Shown here one piece after another: positions 51,409 to 54,448 of a DNA stretch of 54,448 nt. The number at the start of each line of letters is the position of its first letter. Within the stretch, counting starts at the first letter, position 1. Under the pieces are notes generated by a model, which saw only the letters and a program-made list of their open reading frames with translations, searched no databases and was not told where the DNA came from. This stretch comes from Kiritimatiellia bacterium. GTDB taxonomy: Bacteria > Verrucomicrobiota > Kiritimatiellia > RFP12 > UBA1067. The position numbers and the translations under genes are program-made. The DNA lies in contig JAFTCL010000019.1 of assembly GCA_017454745.1 (NCBI GenBank), forward strand, positions 1-54,448, in the 5' to 3' direction.

Positions 51409-52530
51409 ATGGAAAACAATCAATTGGACGATCCTATTTCAACCCGTTTGAATGCTTATCGTGTAAATTCTGGCGGCCAGGAGGTGGCAAAGCGCGTTAA
51501 TCCTCCATCCTCGTCGATGAATTATTCAGACGAAACGGCATCAGAAAACAATGCCGGTTCTATGGCTCGCAAGCTGGGCGGGAAGATTTCCGACATTGCC
51601 GGGGTGGAGAAACTGGAAAGGTTCAATTTGGGCGAGTTCGTGTCAGACATCTTCCGAAGCCATTCCACGGATGAAGTTGAGAACTACTTTACGGTCGGCA
51701 CACCGGCCACTATTCCCGACATTTCACTGGTTGACACGGGATGGCCGCGGCCTTGGCTTTTTACGCGCTCGCTTATCGGGGCCGGCTTAATCTATTTCCT
51801 TTTCAGTTGCGCCATCGGCTGGTTCAAGAATCCCAATCTCCTGCCCGGGCTGATCGCCATGGGCACAATTGCGATTCCCTGCTCTACGCTCATATTTTTC
51901 ATTGAGGTAAACGCAAGGCGCAACGTTTCGCTTTACCAAGTGTTGCGGTTCGTACTGTTTGGCGGCATCCTGTCGCTAATCTTTTCGTTGGTTCTTTTTG
52001 CGTTGCCGGTAACGGGTGCTTTTTCGTGGCTAGGGGCGTCCATCGCCGGGATTGTCGAGGAAACCGGTAAGCTTGCCGCCGTTATCGTGATGGGCGGTTC
52101 CATAAAGTACCGTTATAAATTGAACGGCTTGCTGTTGGGCGCGGCGGTTGGAACCGGGTTTGCCGTGTTTGAGTCCATGGGTTACGCGCTGCGCATTCTT
52201 TTGTCCGGCGGCCTTGACGCCATGACGTCAAATATCCTGCTTCGCGGTGTGCTTTCGCCGTTTGGGCACATCGTTTGGACGGCCATTACTGCCGCAGCGC
52301 TGTGGCGTGTGAAAGGGGCAGCGAAATTCTCTTTCCAGATGCTCAAGGATATAAAATTTCTTCGGCTTTTCTTCGTGCCGGTGGTGTTGCACATGATTTG
52401 GAATTCCGGTTTTGAACTGCCATTTTGCGCGGTACAGTTCGCCGTTGGGGCTGTCGCGTGGTTAATCGTTTTTGCCCTCATACAGGAAGGTCTTAAGGAA
52501 CTGCGGGAAGAAAAACGCGGATTGCGTTAA
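51409..52530 (+). CDS. PrsW-family intramembrane metalloprotease
   Basis: Multi-TM protein with the family motifs EExxK (IVEETGKLA), FxxxE (FAVFESMG), HxxxN (HMIWNSGF) and a second His (FGHIVW). Confidence 0.55.
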   Translation: MENNQLDDPISTRLNAYRVNSGGQEVAKRVNPPSSSMNYSDETASENNAGSMARKLGGKISDIAGVEKLERFNLGEFVSDIFRSHSTDEVENYFTVGTPATIPDISLVDTGWPRPWLFTRSLIGAGLIYFLFSCAIGWFKNPNLLPGLIAMGTIAIPCSTLIFFIEVNARRNVSLYQVLRFVLFGGILSLIFSLVLFALPVTGAFSWLGASIAGIVEETGKLAAVIVMGGSIKYRYKLNGLLLGAAVGTGFAVFESMGYALRILLSGGLDAMTSNILLRGVLSPFGHIVWTAITAAALWRVKGAAKFSFQMLKDIKFLRLFFVPVVLHMIWNSGFELPFCAVQFAVGAVAWLIVFALIQEGLKELREEKRGLR

Positions 52531-52565
52531 TCGTCGGATGTCCGGACCTGTCTATGCAAAGCAAC

Positions 52566-52651
52566 AAGTCTTAAAAATATGCATTTATTGCGGAATTAAG
52601 TCTTAAAAATATGCATTTTATTCCTTTTTGTCCTCTAAAAATATGCTAATT
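52566..52651. repeat. AT-rich tandem direct repeats (about 2.5 copies, ~32-bp period; core aagtcttaaaaatatgcattt), upstream of the DUF4143 ATPase gene
   Basis: Read directly: 52566-52586 and 52598-52618 are identical over 21 bp; a degenerate third copy lies at 52632-52651 (tctaaaaatatgctaatt). Confidence 0.5.
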
Positions 52652-52708
52652 GACCTAAACTTCGGAAAATGTTAAAATAATAGCGTTGTATTTTAGGACT
52701 TAAAAGGC

Positions 52709-54031
52709 ATGATAGAACTTAAGCGACAGTTTTACGATTTTCTTGTCGGCTGGAAAGCCGAGAAGGGGCGGGAGTGTCTTCTCGTCAAAGGGGCGCGTCA
52801 GATCGGTAAGACGTTCATAATTGAGAAATTCGGGCGAGAGAATTATGATAGTTTCATTGAGATCAACTTCATTGAGGAGCCGGACTTCTGTGCGGTCTTC
52901 AATGGGAGCCTTGATGCTGATACAATCTGTGCCGGCATTTCAGCGATACGACCGGATGTGCGTTTCGTCCCGGACGGGACGTTGATTTTCTTGGACGAGA
53001 TACAGGAATGCCCAAACGCTAGGACGGCTTTAAAATTCCTTGCTCAGGATGGCCGTTATGATGTTGTGGCATCAGGATCGCTCCTTGGCATCAAATATAA
53101 GCGCAAGGATCGGGAACCGAAATCCATTCCGGTGGGCTTTGAACGCCAGATTACAATGCATTCGCTGTCATTTGAGGAATTTCTTTGGGCAAAAGGATAT
53201 GACCGCGGACAGATCTGGCGGCTTCGCGAATATTTTCTTCGGCGCGATCCGGTGCCAGAGGTTGCCAACGGAAAGTTCCATGACCTGATGCGTGAGTATG
53301 CCGTAGTTGGCGGTATGCCCGAGGTGGTAAGCGGTTACATCGAGAATCGCCATTTCGGTGACGTGCAGCGGGTGCAGGAAAAAATCCTTTCCTCCTATAT
53401 TGATGACATTCACAAATACGCCTCCACCGTTGACATCCCCAAAATTGAACGGTGTTTTCGCGCGATGCCGTTAATTCTCGCCAAGGAAAACCGCAAGTTT
53501 AAGTATTCCGAAGTCGAGAAGGGGGCATCGGCGCGCAAATATCTCTCCAGCGTTGACTGGTTGAAGGATTCCAGCCTTGCTTCTCTTGCCGAATGTGTCA
53601 ACGTAGCATTGACGGGGCTATCCGGGTATATTAAGGAGGATTGGTTCAAGCTCTATCTTTCCGATGTCGGACTCCTTTGCGCGTCATACGGGATGTTGAC
53701 GAAGCGTCAAGTGTTGGACGGATCGCTCAAGGGGAGTGTCAAAGGCGGTATATACGAAAATCTTGTCGCTGGGATTCTGGCGCGAAACGGAATTCCGTTG
53801 ATCTATTACCGGAAAGACGAAGTTGAAATGGAGTTTGTTGTTGAGACAGGCGACGGAGTCGTTCCCGTAGAGGTGAAGGCACAGTCGGGAAGGACGCTTT
53901 CTCTCGATAAAATGCTTCAGGAAGGTCATATCCCATACGGTTACAAACTGACTGGCGGGAACATTGGAGTAAGCGGCAAGAAAATCACCATGCCGCACTA
54001 TATGGCGATGTTCATCACCTCTGCGACATGA
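52709..54031 (+). CDS. AAA-family ATPase with a DUF4143-type C-terminal domain (predicted ATP-binding protein)
   Basis: Walker A GARQIGKT, Walker B LIFLDEIQ, ~440 aa, typical architecture of the widespread 'ATPase, AAA+ superfamily' / DUF4143 proteins. Confidence 0.65.
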   Translation: MIELKRQFYDFLVGWKAEKGRECLLVKGARQIGKTFIIEKFGRENYDSFIEINFIEEPDFCAVFNGSLDADTICAGISAIRPDVRFVPDGTLIFLDEIQECPNARTALKFLAQDGRYDVVASGSLLGIKYKRKDREPKSIPVGFERQITMHSLSFEEFLWAKGYDRGQIWRLREYFLRRDPVPEVANGKFHDLMREYAVVGGMPEVVSGYIENRHFGDVQRVQEKILSSYIDDIHKYASTVDIPKIERCFRAMPLILAKENRKFKYSEVEKGASARKYLSSVDWLKDSSLASLAECVNVALTGLSGYIKEDWFKLYLSDVGLLCASYGMLTKRQVLDGSLKGSVKGGIYENLVAGILARNGIPLIYYRKDEVEMEFVVETGDGVVPVEVKAQSGRTLSLDKMLQEGHIPYGYKLTGGNIGVSGKKITMPHYMAMFITSAT

Positions 54032-54047
54032 AAAGGGCTTTTGAGCT

Positions 54048-54167
54048 ATGACGACATACGATACCATTAACGACGAGAAGCCAATTCGGAGTGGCTCTTG
54101 TTCCGGTTTGGGTCATATTGACCAGTACGTTCTGTTGAGGGAACTCGGCGGTGGCGGTGAAAGGTAA
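54048..54167 (+). pseudogene. 5' remnant of a Ser/Thr kinase paralog (39 codons then stop)
   Basis: MTTYDTINDEKPIRSGSCSGLGHIDQYVLLRELGGGG-ER* reproduces the kinase N-terminus up to the glycine loop, then diverges into a stop. Confidence 0.45.
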
Positions 54168-54200
54168 AAATGCCGTAATTGCGAGATGACAGGTGGGCGT

Positions 54201-54448
54201 ATGAATGAGAACACGATCAACGATGATGTGACGATGGGTGGCGGCGCCCAAGGGACGTTGCTGGCGGGGCGGTACCGCGCGGTGCGGCAGCTGGGCCAGG
54301 GCGGGATGGGGTCGGTGTGGCTGGCGGAGGACACCCAGCTCGACAACCGTCCCGTGGCTTTGAAGCTGTTACCGAGTATCCTGGTCTCGAACAAGCGGGC
54401 GTACGCGCAACTGAAGGCGGAGGCGCTGGTCTCGCTGAAGCTCTCGCA
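54201..54448 (+). CDS. Ser/Thr protein kinase, N-terminal part (runs off the window)
   Basis: [34 protein letters not shown]: Gly loop plus the VAxK Lys of a Hanks kinase. Confidence 0.6.
   Translation, partial: MNENTINDDVTMGGGAQGTLLAGRYRAVRQLGQGGMGSVWLAEDTQLDNRPVALKLLPSILVSNKRAYAQLKAEALVSLKLS

Noticed and set aside
52566-52651. Possible CRISPR array
   Set aside because: Only ~2.5 copies of an AT-rich 21-bp core with an ~11-bp interval. No spacer-like unique segments of 30-40 bp and no cas genes. Reported as an iteron-like tandem repeat instead

Overview
54.4-kb GC-rich bacterial chromosomal window, coding almost entirely on the + strand. Gene content suggests the PVC superphylum (Verrucomicrobia/Lentisphaerae-like), but I cannot assign a taxon from sequence alone. 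The first ~25 kb is ordinary housekeeping and carbohydrate metabolism: fucP-fucU-fucI, rpmH-rnpA-yidD-yidC, an orphan ABC ATPase, queH, miaA, radC, a Tat-exported GH109-like oxidoreductase, trxB and hisI on the minus strand, two further Gfo/Idh/MocA oxidoreductases, rpsL-rpsG, a DUF362/ferredoxin protein, ppdK, a GNAT acetyltransferase and sppA. The second half is accessory-like and holds two notable systems. (1) At ~25.7-35.8 kb there is a translationally coupled cluster: an SPFH-like protein, an FHA protein and an ESCRT-III/Snf7-like protein (three of these proteins carry N-terminal zinc ribbons), a Vps4/katanin-type AAA ATPase, a second zinc-ribbon Snf7-like protein, secreted proteins with 14-residue G[IV]QIG repeats, lipoproteins and an M48-like metalloprotease. 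(2) Immediately downstream lie three paralogous receptor-type Ser/Thr kinases with an N-terminal kinase domain, one TM helix and different C-terminal sensor domains (Sel1 repeats plus beta-helix; coiled coil plus FGE/C-type-lectin fold; ankyrin plus Sel1). The middle kinase is the target of a complete diversity-generating retroelement (DGR). Its C-terminal FGE-domain VR (43960-44106) matches a TR (45254-45400) at every position except about 21 TR adenines. A GC hairpin follows the VR, a YMDD reverse transcriptase (44269-45540) reads through the TR, and an HRDC-domain accessory gene follows. Further downstream are paralogous lipoproteins, a PrsW-family protease, a DUF4143 AAA ATPase, a short kinase 5' remnant and the start of a fourth kinase. 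I saw no rRNA, tRNA or CRISPR.
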